Below, piece by piece: positions 50,001 to 60,254 of a DNA stretch of 64,000 bases. The notes beneath the pieces were generated by a model, which ran no database searches, was not told where the DNA came from, and worked only from the letters and a program-made list of their open reading frames with translations. A program made the translations under genes and the position numbers. Numbering within the stretch: the stretch's first letter is position 1; each line of letters opens with the position of its first letter. The stretch is from Sedimentisphaerales bacterium. Its GTDB lineage: Bacteria; Planctomycetota; Phycisphaerae; Sedimentisphaerales; SM23-30. Location of the stretch: the NCBI GenBank assembly GCA_963663965.2, contig CAXXFK010000007.1, positions 32,001 through 96,000 of the forward strand. Reading direction: 5' to 3'.

Positions 50001-50507
50001 ATGACTGAAAGAAAGTACAACTATAGTGATTTCAATGTCTTATTGAGCAAAACGCATTGGAATTGGCCCCAAGCGGTTTCCGATATATTTCAACCGCGCG
50101 GAGTTAACGCCATGATGGTTTCCAATGCCGACGAGATTGTTCGTATTGCCCAGGACAAAAGAATTCATCTGGCAATTGTTGATTCTGCCGAGACCGATGA
50201 ACAGGACGGTGTCCGGACAATCAAGGTATTGCGAAATCACTTTAAGTCTCTGCCTTGTATACTGTTAGCAGGGGAAAGCCCTCGCCGCCTGTTAGTGGAA
50301 GCCTTGGCGTTAAATGTATTTACCGTAATGAAAAAACCCGTAGACCTGAGCCTGTTGGCGGATCAGATTGACAGGATTTTCAAGAAATATTATGAGAGCG
50401 ATTTATTCGAATCTCGAAATGAGAAAAATGTTCAGAGAATTTCATTGATAAAAAAACACGGCCAGCCTATTTCCAAAATTATTGTGAGATGGCTGAAAAA
50501 ACAGTAA
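50001..50507 (+). CDS. Stand-alone atypical receiver-domain protein
   Basis: IHLAIVD (Asp), LPCILLA and KKPVD match a REC fold, but the N-terminal acidic pair and the conserved Thr/Ser are absent. Confidence 0.7.
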   Translation: MTERKYNYSDFNVLLSKTHWNWPQAVSDIFQPRGVNAMMVSNADEIVRIAQDKRIHLAIVDSAETDEQDGVRTIKVLRNHFKSLPCILLAGESPRRLLVEALALNVFTVMKKPVDLSLLADQIDRIFKKYYESDLFESRNEKNVQRISLIKKHGQPISKIIVRWLKKQ

Positions 50508-50618
50508 TTAACAGGTATAAACCTGGAAAAAATAAAACGATCAAATTGCCAGTCAGGCAGAAAATAACAGTAAATATTAAACAATCTAACACCTTTACTC
50601 GAAAGGAGTTAAAATCCT

Positions 50619-50906
50619 ATGAAGATCAGACCTCTAGCCGATAAAGTTCTTATCGAGCGCGTTGAAGCCGAAACCATGACCAAAGGCGGGATTGTTCTGC
50701 CAGATTCGGCCAAAGAAAAACCACGTCGTGGCAAAGTTGTTGCGTTAGGCGATGGCAAACTGCTGGAAGATGGCAGCCGGGGAGAATTCCAGGTTAAAAA
50801 AGGCGATCTGGTACTTTTCAGCGCCTATGGCGGAACCGAAATTAAGGTCGATGGAAAAGAATATTTGATTATGGAAGAAAGCGATATCCTGGCAATTGTT
50901 GGATAA
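50619..50906 (+). CDS. groES: Co-chaperonin GroES
   Basis: [23 protein letters not shown] and ESDILA motifs. Confidence 0.98.
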   Translation: MKIRPLADKVLIERVEAETMTKGGIVLPDSAKEKPRRGKVVALGDGKLLEDGSRGEFQVKKGDLVLFSAYGGTEIKVDGKEYLIMEESDILAIVG

Positions 50907-51037
50907 TATGGCAGAGTGAGGTTTGAATATTTAGCCGGCAAAGCCGGCATCACTGGATTTATCGCGCAGTGACATCAGATATTTCTGGCCTCCTGGTCCG
51001 TGAATAATATATACGTTTAAAATCAAGGAGATTCATA

Positions 51038-52669
51038 ATGGCAGCAAAAAAAATCATATTCGATAACGAAGCCCGCCAGGCCGTTCGCGAAGGCGTTCGT
51101 AAGCTTGCCCGCGCGGTTAAAGTTACCCTGGGGCCGGCCGGCCGCAATGTCGTCATCGAGAAATCCTTCGGCTCGCCGACCGTAACCAAAGATGGCGTTA
51201 CGGTTGCCAAGGAAGTGGAACTGGAAGACGCCTGCGAAAATATTGGCGCCCAGATGGTCAAAGAAGTGGCGTCGAAGACATCCAATGCCGCCGGTGATGG
51301 CACCACGACGGCCACAATTATGGCGGAAGGGATTTTTGAAGAAGGATTGAAAAATGTGGTCGCGGGCGCGAATCCTTCAGAACTCAAGCGCGGCATCGAC
51401 AAGGCGGTCGCAGCCGTCATCGCGAAGTTTCAGGAGATGAGCATTTCGGTTGAATCCAGCAAACAGATTGCCCAGGTGGGGACATGTGCCGCTAATCAGG
51501 ACAGCGAAATCGGCAAAATGATCGCCCAGGCAATGGATAAAGTAGGCAAAGATGGCGTGATTACCATTGAAGAAGGAAAGACGCTGGATACGACTGTCGA
51601 ATTAGTAGAAGGTATGCAGTTTGATCGCGGCTATCTGTCTCCGCATTTTATTACCAATCCGGAAACCATGTCCGTTGAAATGGACAAACCGTTTATTCTG
51701 ATCCACGAAAAGAAAATCTCGACGGTGAAGGATATCGTTCCTTTGTTGGAAAAAATCGCTCAGTCAGGGCGTCCGCTGTTGATTATTGCCGAAGATATTG
51801 AAGGCGAAGCGCTGGCGACTCTGGTAGTGAACAAGCTGCGCGGCACTTTGAATGTGGCCGCGGTAAAGGCGCCCGGCTTTGGCGACCGTCGCAAGGCGAT
51901 GCTGCAGGATATAGCGATTCTAACCGGTGGTCAGGCGATTTTTGAAGATCTTGGCATCAAGCTGGAAAATGTTTCAGTGGCAGATCTGGGTCAGGCGAAA
52001 AAGATTTCGATCGATAAAGACAATACGACCATAATCGAAGGCGCCGGCTCAACCGATGAAATCAAAGGCCGCATCGAACAGATTAAAAACGAGATTGACA
52101 TTACTACCAGTGACTATGATACCGAGAAGTTGCAGGAGCGTCTGGCCAAGCTGGCCGGCGGCGTAGCCCAGATCAATGTGGGCGCTGCAACCGAGGCAGA
52201 GATGAAAGAAAAGAAGGCGCGCGTTGAGGATGCGTTGCATGCCTGTCGCGCCGCGGTTGAAGAAGGCATTCTGCCAGGTGGCGGTACTGCCATGGTCAAA
52301 GCCATTGCCGCGCTGGACAGCGTTAAGGCTTCCGGCGACGAAAAAGTCGGCGTGGATATTATCCGCAGATCGTTATCCGTGCCAATCAAACAGCTGGCCA
52401 TAAATGCCGGTCTGGATGGCTCGATCATTTGCCAGAAAGTTATGGAAGACGGCAAAGCCGATCTGAATTTTGGTTATGATATCATGAAAGGCAAATTTGG
52501 TAATATGATGGACTTTGGTGTGATTGTGCCGACTAAGGTTGAACGCACTGCTTTGCAGAATGCCGCCTCGATTGCTGGCTTGCTGCTGACCACCGACGCC
52601 ATTGTTTCGGAAATCCCTGAAGAGAAAAAAGAAGGCCCGGCCATGCCGCCCGGTGGTGGAATGTACTAG
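51038..52669 (+). CDS. groEL: Chaperonin GroEL
   Basis: [27 protein letters not shown] and [10 protein letters not shown] motifs. Confidence 0.99.
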   Translation: MAAKKIIFDNEARQAVREGVRKLARAVKVTLGPAGRNVVIEKSFGSPTVTKDGVTVAKEVELEDACENIGAQMVKEVASKTSNAAGDGTTTATIMAEGIFEEGLKNVVAGANPSELKRGIDKAVAAVIAKFQEMSISVESSKQIAQVGTCAANQDSEIGKMIAQAMDKVGKDGVITIEEGKTLDTTVELVEGMQFDRGYLSPHFITNPETMSVEMDKPFILIHEKKISTVKDIVPLLEKIAQSGRPLLIIAEDIEGEALATLVVNKLRGTLNVAAVKAPGFGDRRKAMLQDIAILTGGQAIFEDLGIKLENVSVADLGQAKKISIDKDNTTIIEGAGSTDEIKGRIEQIKNEIDITTSDYDTEKLQERLAKLAGGVAQINVGAATEAEMKEKKARVEDALHACRAAVEEGILPGGGTAMVKAIAALDSVKASGDEKVGVDIIRRSLSVPIKQLAINAGLDGSIICQKVMEDGKADLNFGYDIMKGKFGNMMDFGVIVPTKVERTALQNAASIAGLLLTTDAIVSEIPEEKKEGPAMPPGGGMY

Positions 52670-52684
52670 GCCGATGAATCGATT

Positions 52685-52719
52685 AGAAAAGGACGCCCAT
52701 CTCGGCGTCCTTTCTTTTT
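52685..52719 (+). terminator. Rho-independent terminator after groEL
   Basis: AAAGGACGCC-catctc-GGCGTCCTTT followed by a T-run. Confidence 0.85.
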
Positions 52720-52731
52720 GAGGTTTGTAAT

Positions 52732-53067
52732 ATGATATTTCGTAAGTTCCATTTTAATGTCGGAAGCGGTAACCCTTTTCATTCACAATCCCCAATTTCC
52801 GGATTGCTGGGAGGTGGGATCTCTTCGCTGGTAAGTATTGCCATGACATTAACCGCATTAGGGATATTAATGCTGTTGTTTCCCATTGTATTGGCGATTA
52901 TTGTCGCCAGTCTTTTTTTTGCCATCGCATTTGTTTGCCTGGCCGGCGCCTGGAGGCTGTTTCGTGTCGCGCGTATAGCCGGGCGGCCTCAAAAGCCGGC
53001 CGAAGATGGCTATGTTCAAGTGCAGATCATAGATAATGATGAAAATCGAACGGATTGCCTATTTTGA
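52732..53067 (+). CDS. Hypothetical small membrane protein (2 TM)
   Basis: GAGG RBS and a long hydrophobic hairpin. Confidence 0.6.
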   Translation: MIFRKFHFNVGSGNPFHSQSPISGLLGGGISSLVSIAMTLTALGILMLLFPIVLAIIVASLFFAIAFVCLAGAWRLFRVARIAGRPQKPAEDGYVQVQIIDNDENRTDCLF

Positions 53068-53332
53068 CACAAAATAGGCAGAATATAACGGTTATGATAA
53101 TCGAATAAATCGGCGGTAATAATTTTAGGGGCCCGGGTACTTAAAGTGTGAAATCGGCAATTGACAGCGACGTTATTAATTTGATACCATAAAAACGTGA
53201 ATTGATATATTGTCCTATAGGTAAAAGCCAAGAGAGGAGCCCCCCCCGTTTCAGCCCCCCGCTTTTTGATATCGAATGATAGTAACCGCATACGCGGAAA
53301 AGAGAATTTTTCACCATGTGAAGGAGAATTGT

Positions 53333-53996
53333 ATGAAGAAAATGTTAGTATTGTTGATGGTGTTTGCCATCTGTGGGTCTGCGCTGGCCAATTTCAGCGC
53401 GTCGGTACTGGAAAATGGCAATTATCAAGGCGATATTGAAGCGATGGCCATTACTGGCACGGCCGTGAATTATTATAATTTCAGTAACTGGAACTATAAT
53501 TGGCGCCTGGCCGACTTTGACTCCTGATCGCGCGCACGTATTCCTGATCGACGATGTGAATAGCAGCAGCAATGTCTTTATCGTGCTGGACAGCCGCAAT
53601 GGCAATGGCGGCAGTGTGGACATGAAACTGCAATCCAATTATGCTTTTGAAGTTGTTGTAAAAGATGATACCGGCGGCAATGACACTTATCAGACCATTT
53701 CTGCCACTGAATTTCTGGCCGATTTTACCTGGGGTTCGGCAAAGACCGATGGTTTGGCTCTGAAACTGAGCGGTGCCGCGTTGGCCGCGGACGATTGGTA
53801 TCTGGATATTGTTATGACTTATCCGACCAGCCTGAATACCTGGGGCGCCTATTCTGCCGACAATAACGTTTTGTCCGGTGGGATGGCTAATGGCGCAACG
53901 ATTCGCCTGGCCGCTCCTGCCGCAGTTCCGGCTCCGGGCGCCATCCTGCTGGGTAGCCTGGGTTCCGCCCTCGTTGGCTGGCTGCGTCGCAAATAA
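53333..53996 (+). pseudogene. PEP-CTERM-type (PAPGA) surface protein split by a one-base frameshift
   Basis: AAGGAG RBS and signal peptide in one frame, VPAPGAILLGSLG...RRK in the +1 frame. The shift lies between 53469 and 53524; removing one T at 53500-53501 gives a 220-aa protein. Confidence 0.8.
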
Positions 53997-54027
53997 TACA
54001 CCTTGCTTATACACAACCCACGATTAC

Positions 54028-54067
54028 CGCACCCGGTATGAGAAATCATGCCGGGTGCGTTTTTTTG
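54028..54067 (+). terminator. Rho-independent terminator
   Basis: CGCACCCGGTATGA-gaaa-TCATGCCGGGTGCG followed by T8. Confidence 0.88.
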
Positions 54068-54106
54068 TTTATGCATCTGGCCCGGCAATTTTTAATGTAC
54101 CATTGA

Positions 54107-55549
54107 TCAGAGGCAATATTCGGGGTTTAGCTCGGTTGGTACCGGCGCATGAACCTTTTTTCGCCAGTCCTGGAGAAGGGCGAATAATTCTTGGCATTCT
54201 TGAGGATGCGAGGTGGCCAGATTGATTTTTTCGCCGGGATCATCATGCAGATTATATAATTCCAGATCATTATTCTCAAAGTATTCAATTAGCTTCCAGG
54301 GGCCCATTCGAACTGCCGAACCAGGCCGGCAACGGAAAAGGGGATCCTGAGTTTCGGTATTTCCACCTTCCAGATAAATCGGAAAGTGCCAGAATAACGG
54401 ACGATCAAGTATATTTCCTTTGCCCGTTAGTATGGGTATTAAGCTGACTCCATCGAAAATTTTCCCTTCAGGCTTGGCCAGCCCGGCCGCCTCTAGAAAT
54501 GTTGGATAATAATCGATTCCACAAACAGACGCCTCTGAGGTTGAACCGGGTTTAACCTGTCCGGGCCAGCGTACAATCAGAGGTTCGCGTATACCGCCTT
54601 CATAATAGGAGCCTTTCCCCGCACGCAACGGCCATTGCTTACTGATATTGTATACCCCCCCATTGTCCGAAGTAAACAATATCAGCGTCTTGTTAGAAAG
54701 ATTCAATTCATCCAGCCGGTTCATTACCCGCCCGATATTATCATCCAAAGATTTAATCATTGCGGCGTAAGTGGCATTATGATGCCGGTCGTCTCCCGGT
54801 TTTTGTTTGAAATGGTCAGCGATTGGCGTTTTGGCCTGAAGTGGAGTATGCACGGTATAAAAAGCTAAATTAATAAAGAAAGAATTTTTCTGGTTTGATT
54901 CAATAAAATGTAATGTTTCACTGATCAATCGATCTGTCAGATACTCCCCTGCCGGCCCATCTTCCAGATAATCGTTTTGGTAAGGGCTGAAATAGCTTTT
55001 AGGATGTCCATAAAGACTCCCGCCAATATTAACATCAAATCCCTGGGTACAAGGATCCTGGCCCAAATGCCATTTCCCGACATGGCAAGTGGTATACCCC
55101 CCCGCCTTTAGCGCTTCAGCCAGAGTCAGGGTGTCATCATCTAAAACGGTTTTATTGGGTGTGGGGATTAACTTGCGGTCACGGGCCTTACCGCGTTCTG
55201 AAGAATCGACGGTATAAATGCCATGTCGAGGGGCGTACTGTCCCGAAAAACAGCAGGCCCGGCTGGGGGCGCAGTTTGCCGCAGGCGCATAGGCATTGGT
55301 AAATACCATCCCCTGTGAAGCGAGGTGATCGATATTGGGTGTTTCATAATATCGGCTGCCCATAAATCCAGTATCAGTCCATCCCATATCGTCAACATTG
55401 ATATAGATGATATTTGGGCGTTTATGAATCTGGTGGATTGTGTTTTGTCGACACCCCAACAATAGTCCGGCGCAACCAATGCCCGCTCGACGGATAAAGA
55501 GACGGCGGTCTATACGGATGCGCTTTTTATCATCCATATCTGATCTCAT
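54107..55549 (-). CDS. Tat-exported formylglycine-dependent sulfatase
   Basis: RRLFI twin-arginine signal, PNII..DDMG, CAPSR, GKWHLG, SDNGG and GKGSYYEGGIREP. Confidence 0.95.
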   Translation of the reverse strand: MRSDMDDKKRIRIDRRLFIRRAGIGCAGLLLGCRQNTIHQIHKRPNIIYINVDDMGWTDTGFMGSRYYETPNIDHLASQGMVFTNAYAPAANCAPSRACCFSGQYAPRHGIYTVDSSERGKARDRKLIPTPNKTVLDDDTLTLAEALKAGGYTTCHVGKWHLGQDPCTQGFDVNIGGSLYGHPKSYFSPYQNDYLEDGPAGEYLTDRLISETLHFIESNQKNSFFINLAFYTVHTPLQAKTPIADHFKQKPGDDRHHNATYAAMIKSLDDNIGRVMNRLDELNLSNKTLILFTSDNGGVYNISKQWPLRAGKGSYYEGGIREPLIVRWPGQVKPGSTSEASVCGIDYYPTFLEAAGLAKPEGKIFDGVSLIPILTGKGNILDRPLFWHFPIYLEGGNTETQDPLFRCRPGSAVRMGPWKLIEYFENNDLELYNLHDDPGEKINLATSHPQECQELFALLQDWRKKVHAPVPTELNPEYCL

Positions 55550-55597
55550 TTCTGGTTCTTAATCATTATTCTCTCAATTCATTTTAGTTCAATAATG

Positions 55598-58209
55598 TTA
55601 CTTAGCCGGCTCTGGCGGTTTTTCAGCTGCCGGCGGTGTGGCGGCGGGAGGATTCGCCGGGGGAGCCGCTTTTTCTTTTTCCGGCTGGGCCGGGGGAGGC
55701 GTTGCCGGCTGAGCTTGTGGTTGGGCCGCGGGAGGGGCCGCAGCCGGAGCGGCAGCCGGAGCGGGAGCCGCCTGAGGCGCTGGTTTCTGCTTCACCTCAG
55801 GTTCTGGCTGCTGAGGAACCGGCAGCTCTTGTTCAAGTTCCTGAATGGTTTTTATTGTGTTAATGAGCAAGTCGCTTGAACCGTTACGGCCTTCCAGGTC
55901 GCGGTACGGAGGGGTGGCCAGCTCTGTTTCTGGCCTCAGGAAATTGGAATGATGCGCGTCATTGGGTTTGATAATACTCATGGAGCGCTGCGCGTTGGTC
56001 ATGTTGAGCATTTCCTGCGTATTTTCCAGGATATGGGGTGTTATGAAAATCAGCATTTCTGTTTTGATAAACTGACGCTTGGAATATTTAAATAATTCAC
56101 CGATCAAAGGGATATCGCCCAGTAGTGGAACCTTGTCCTCATTCACGACCTGTTTGTTTCCGGTGAATCCGCCGAGGCACACGGTCTGGCCGTCTTTGAC
56201 GCGAACCGACATATTCGCCTGGCGTCGAACAATAATCTGTGGATCGAAATCACGAGAAATCTGGAAGGTTTCCGCGCTGATATCATCAATACTCTGGATA
56301 ATTTCGAGGGTTACAAAGTCGTCCGGGTGAATCTCCGGCGTGACTTCCAGTGTCGTGGCAACCGAGGCGTATTCAACCTGGCTGCTGCTGCTGACGCCTT
56401 CAGGACTGACAACGATTTTCTTGAGAAACGGCACATCATTGCCCATGGTGATTTTGGCTTTAATCCGGTCCTTGGTAGTCAGATGCGGCCGTGAAATAAT
56501 TTCGACCTTGCCCGAAGTCATCATCGCGTGCAGAAACGCGTTGAGATTCTCGCTGATGATCTGATAATTCAAACCCACGGAGTCAACCGAAGAGGTCACG
56601 CGGCGTTCCGTTTTAAAGTCGGTCCAGAGCGTCTGTGGAATGGTCTGGTCTTCAAACTCCAGGTCGCCGACGTATTTCCAATCGACGCCCAGCTCGAGGT
56701 CATCGTCGTAAGATACCTGGGTAATAAAAACTTCAATGAAGACCATTTTGGTGGGCAGATCCAGCTTGCCGATCATTTCCAGAATTTTTGGAAAATTTCG
56801 CGAAAAGGTATAAATCAACAGGCCATTATGTTCTTCGTCGGGAACAATGGTCAATTCAGACGCTTCCACCAGGGAAATGGCCCGGCTCAGGCGTTCGACC
56901 AGCGTGGTGTCCTCCACTCTCGACGCTTGAAGCGAGCTGCGGATTTTGGCAAGGGTCTGATCTTCGGAGGCGGCGGTTTCTTCTGGGGTTTGCTTTTCTT
57001 CCTGGGGCGCCTTGGCGGTAGAATAAATTTGTTGCAGCAACTTGGCGGCGTTAGCGGCTTTGGTATAACTTAGTGGAATATAGCGCAATTCTCGCTTGTC
57101 TATATCAAATTGAGTTTTCAGTTCGCTGACTTTTTGAAAATAGATTTATCGTAGCTGGAAACGATCAGGATATTATTGGGTGCGGTTGCCGAAACGAATT
57201 TATCCAGCAAAGAGGTTTCGCTTTGCAGGATGCGGGCGAAATCTTCCGCGCTGATGAATTCCAGTTCAAGATATTCCCGAAACAAGGGAGGTTTAGGAGG
57301 CGGTGGCGGAGCGATATCCATTTCTCGAACCATGGCTTCAATTTCTTTTACGATGGGCTCGGGGGCCTCCACGATAATTTTTTTGACATTGGGTATCCGG
57401 GTTATCAGGCTGGCCTTACGCACGCGCTCTTCGGGATTGGCGTCGGTGTCTGTCAGATAGACTTCGCGCAAATACGTCAGTATTTCTTCCATTTTTTCTT
57501 CTTCAAGATTGACAAATGGAATGATCTGGCGAATCGGTTCGGCCGCAACGGGTAACACGCCCGAAGTCTCTGATATTAAAACGCCGGGGGCGGTGGTATT
57601 GGCGCCATTGGCGACTTTTTTATTGGAGGGCACATCGAGAAATTCTTTGACATATTTTTCCATGTCATTCACGATGGCCTTGGGCGCGCGCACCAGAATG
57701 CCGCCTTGAGGATGAACCTCAATAAATTTAGGCCGGCGCGCGGCGGCTTCGGTGCCTTCCGCCGTATCGCTCATATACTTTACGTTTAAGAGTTTGACCA
57801 CTTCCTGCGGATCGGCGATCTTCAACTCGATCACATAATCGATCACATCCTGTACCGGCACGATCTGGACGATTTTGCCATTGAACTGACACGCCCGCCC
57901 CTGCTTGGCCAGCACTTCATTCAATAGTTGCAACATGCCTTGAAAGTCAACTTTTTCTTTGCTGACGAGCGTAACCGGCGCGCCGACGGTATCGATGCCT
58001 TCGAACTGAACATGATATATTTCCGTGAGCATGGGAAAGAGCTCTTTCGCGGGCAATTCCGGGTAATATAAACTGGCCCGAATCGCCTGTTCAGGGTTGT
58101 TCGGTTGGGCCGGGTCGGCAGGTTTTTCTTGCGCGGATAACAGGTTAATTCCCAGGGTGAGCGCCAGTATGACTATGGGCGCCAAGGGATATTTTTTTTC
58201 GATACACAT
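55598..58209 (-). pseudogene. gspD: GspD-like secretin split by a -1 frameshift at the A5 run 57131-57135 (about 870 aa if joined)
   Basis: Upstream ORF has a signal peptide and N-domains; downstream ORF has the secretin domain (VEIISRPHLTT, VRVKDGQTV, KVPLLGDIPLIGELF, LIFITPHI). One extra A gives FKKVSELKTQFDIDKRELRYIPL, joining the two. Confidence 0.8.
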
Positions 58210-58214
58210 TGTGA

Positions 58215-58910
58215 TTACTCCTGAGACATTTTGAAATCGGAACTGCCCGGGATGCTCAAAAAGCGGCATGCATGCTTTATCGTTTTGCCTTGTTGATATT
58301 CCATAACCACGGCAAACAGCAAATTGGCGTCAGTATCCGGGGGCTCCTGCCAATCGAGAAATAATATATAACAATCGAGCAGCCGGGTCCGGGCCCAGAA
58401 ACGATTTAACTCGTAAGGCTCCAGTTGCCACATCCGCAACAAGCCGGATGGATCCAGCGGCTGGCTGGTATGCGGGTGGCGGTATAGACAAATCGTTAAA
58501 CGCCCGCTGGCGATAGGAATGCTTTTGGAATCTTTATTAAGGGGGGCAATGGATAAAACATAACCATCCTGACCGGCCGGGGGCTTGAAATCCTGCATGC
58601 TCATCATAGAGCCCAAGACCAGGTCTTGTACTAAATCGTTTGAATCATATTGATCGCGATAGGGCCCCATGCACAGGCTGCAAATTGCCGGATCCGGATT
58701 GATCGGGGTGATAATCCCATTTTCGTAACGCAGCGGGCCGGCCGGCCGGGTTACCCGGGGACCGCACCCCCCCGCTGACCATAACAAAAATCCGCAGATC
58801 ATGACTGTTGCCAGGTATTTGAGATTAATATGGTTTGATTGGCTGGTCATTTTATGAAAGATCAATTCTATGGACGGTGTTTCTTGCGTGCCTTCCGCCA
58901 AAACAGTCAA
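58215..58910 (-). CDS. Putative lipoprotein of the secretion cluster
   Basis: Lipobox-like LLWSAGGC; tightly packed with the flanking genes; start uncertain. Confidence 0.55.
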   Translation of the reverse strand: MTVLAEGTQETPSIELIFHKMTSQSNHINLKYLATVMICGFLLWSAGGCGPRVTRPAGPLRYENGIITPINPDPAICSLCMGPYRDQYDSNDLVQDLVLGSMMSMQDFKPPAGQDGYVLSIAPLNKDSKSIPIASGRLTICLYRHPHTSQPLDPSGLLRMWQLEPYELNRFWARTRLLDCYILFLDWQEPPDTDANLLFAVVMEYQQGKTIKHACRFLSIPGSSDFKMSQE

Positions 58911-59683
58911 GGCATAATTTTCTTTGAGCTTGGTTCCAGATCAAATTCAAATCCATCTTCAAAACGCAACCACATTTTCCCGTTTTCTATTCGGACAATG
59001 GTCGCGTTCCCCAGTTTTTCACCCGCTTCAACGCGGTGGTATTTCCCGTCAATATATACCGTGGCGTATGCCTTTTCGTCTGTGATTTGTGTGCCGATAA
59101 ATTCATATAAATTACCGAATCCAACCAGCCTGAGCATTGCGTCGTCACTGGTTTCGCCAACATCGATGCGGACTTCTTCAGGGCCATAATCACAAACAAT
59201 ATAGGGGGGGCGCACGTTGATGTGTTTGACTCGTATGAACTCGATATCTTCACCCACGGTCACGGTTCGGCGAATATTGCCGAAAAACAGGTGAGCGCGG
59301 GGCTGGCCGCCAATTTCATCAATGGCGCTCAATTTAAAAGGGCGTGTCAAACGTTTCAGGCGCGGTTCTGTGACTCCCACCTGTGTTGAAATCACCGGCT
59401 CGGGGGGAAGTTCCCGCCCCGGACGAAACATATTTTTTTGCACGATGGCATTGATCATTTGATTAGCGGTTAATTCCTGGGCTGGCTCTGCTGATTGTGG
59501 CGTGGCAGCCGGGGAACTGGCCGGTTCGGATTGGGGAGCCTCTGCCGGAGAGTCGGGCGCCTGGGCCGCGGTTACGTGGGCAAGGAGCAGTAATCCAAGC
59601 GACAGGCGATAAAAGTAGATGTTATGTTGCTTATTTGGCATGTTTTGTTCGCTAGATTTATGGTAAGGGAGACGATGTTTCAA
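58907..59683 (-). CDS. GspC/PilP-like periplasmic protein
   Basis: N-terminal hydrophobic segment, Pro/Ala linker, KNMFRP, and two small beta-domains (VTVGEDI; VEAGEKLGNATIVRIE). Confidence 0.55.
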   Translation of the reverse strand: MKHRLPYHKSSEQNMPNKQHNIYFYRLSLGLLLLAHVTAAQAPDSPAEAPQSEPASSPAATPQSAEPAQELTANQMINAIVQKNMFRPGRELPPEPVISTQVGVTEPRLKRLTRPFKLSAIDEIGGQPRAHLFFGNIRRTVTVGEDIEFIRVKHINVRPPYIVCDYGPEEVRIDVGETSDDAMLRLVGFGNLYEFIGTQITDEKAYATVYIDGKYHRVEAGEKLGNATIVRIENGKMWLRFEDGFEFDLEPSSKKIMP

Positions 59684-60254
59684 GCGGAGTCATTTCTGAT
59701 TTTATGGTCGGGATAGTTACCACTACCAGCACGGTCAATGGCTTGGTGCCGGTTGGCGCGGTGGCAAAGCGCTGTCGATATCCACTGGCGCTGCGTGTAA
59801 CTTCCAATTTGTCCACTCGTAATAACCGGGTTGATTTGTCCAGTTTGGTGATAAAATGTAAGAGGTCTTCCAGGTGGGCCGAAAAGCGCAACTCATAACT
59901 GAGTTCCAGAAACGCCGTACTACCTGGCAAGGGGCGTTCGCTTGGCGCGCCCAGATTGTCAAAATCAAATTCGCGCTCGGCTTCCAAGCCGTCCAGATAC
60001 GCCGAAAACTTGGTCCGGCGGTCTTCTTGAGATTCATTTTGAAAGGCGCTGATCGAATTCCACTTATCCAGATAATGTTTATTGTCTCGTATCTGCTGTA
60101 TTAATTCATCCTGGCGGAGCTGGGTGTAATGAATTTCTTCATCCATGCCCTTGAGAAAGTCTATCATGGCGTCCGCAACCAGCTTGCCACAAATGCCTAT
60201 GGCGGTCAGGGCAATTAAGACAATGAGAATAAGTTTGTGTCTGCCGGTTTTCAG
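59658..60254 (-). CDS. PilO/GspM-like inner-membrane protein, probable CTG start
   Basis: C-terminal LLHFITKLDKSTRLLRVDKLEV is PilO-like. The frame extends 29 codons above ATG 60167 to a CTG at 60254 preceded by AGGAG, which adds the missing TM helix. Confidence 0.65.
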   Translation of the reverse strand: MKTGRHKLILIVLIALTAIGICGKLVADAMIDFLKGMDEEIHYTQLRQDELIQQIRDNKHYLDKWNSISAFQNESQEDRRTKFSAYLDGLEAEREFDFDNLGAPSERPLPGSTAFLELSYELRFSAHLEDLLHFITKLDKSTRLLRVDKLEVTRSASGYRQRFATAPTGTKPLTVLVVVTIPTIKSEMTPLETSSPLP

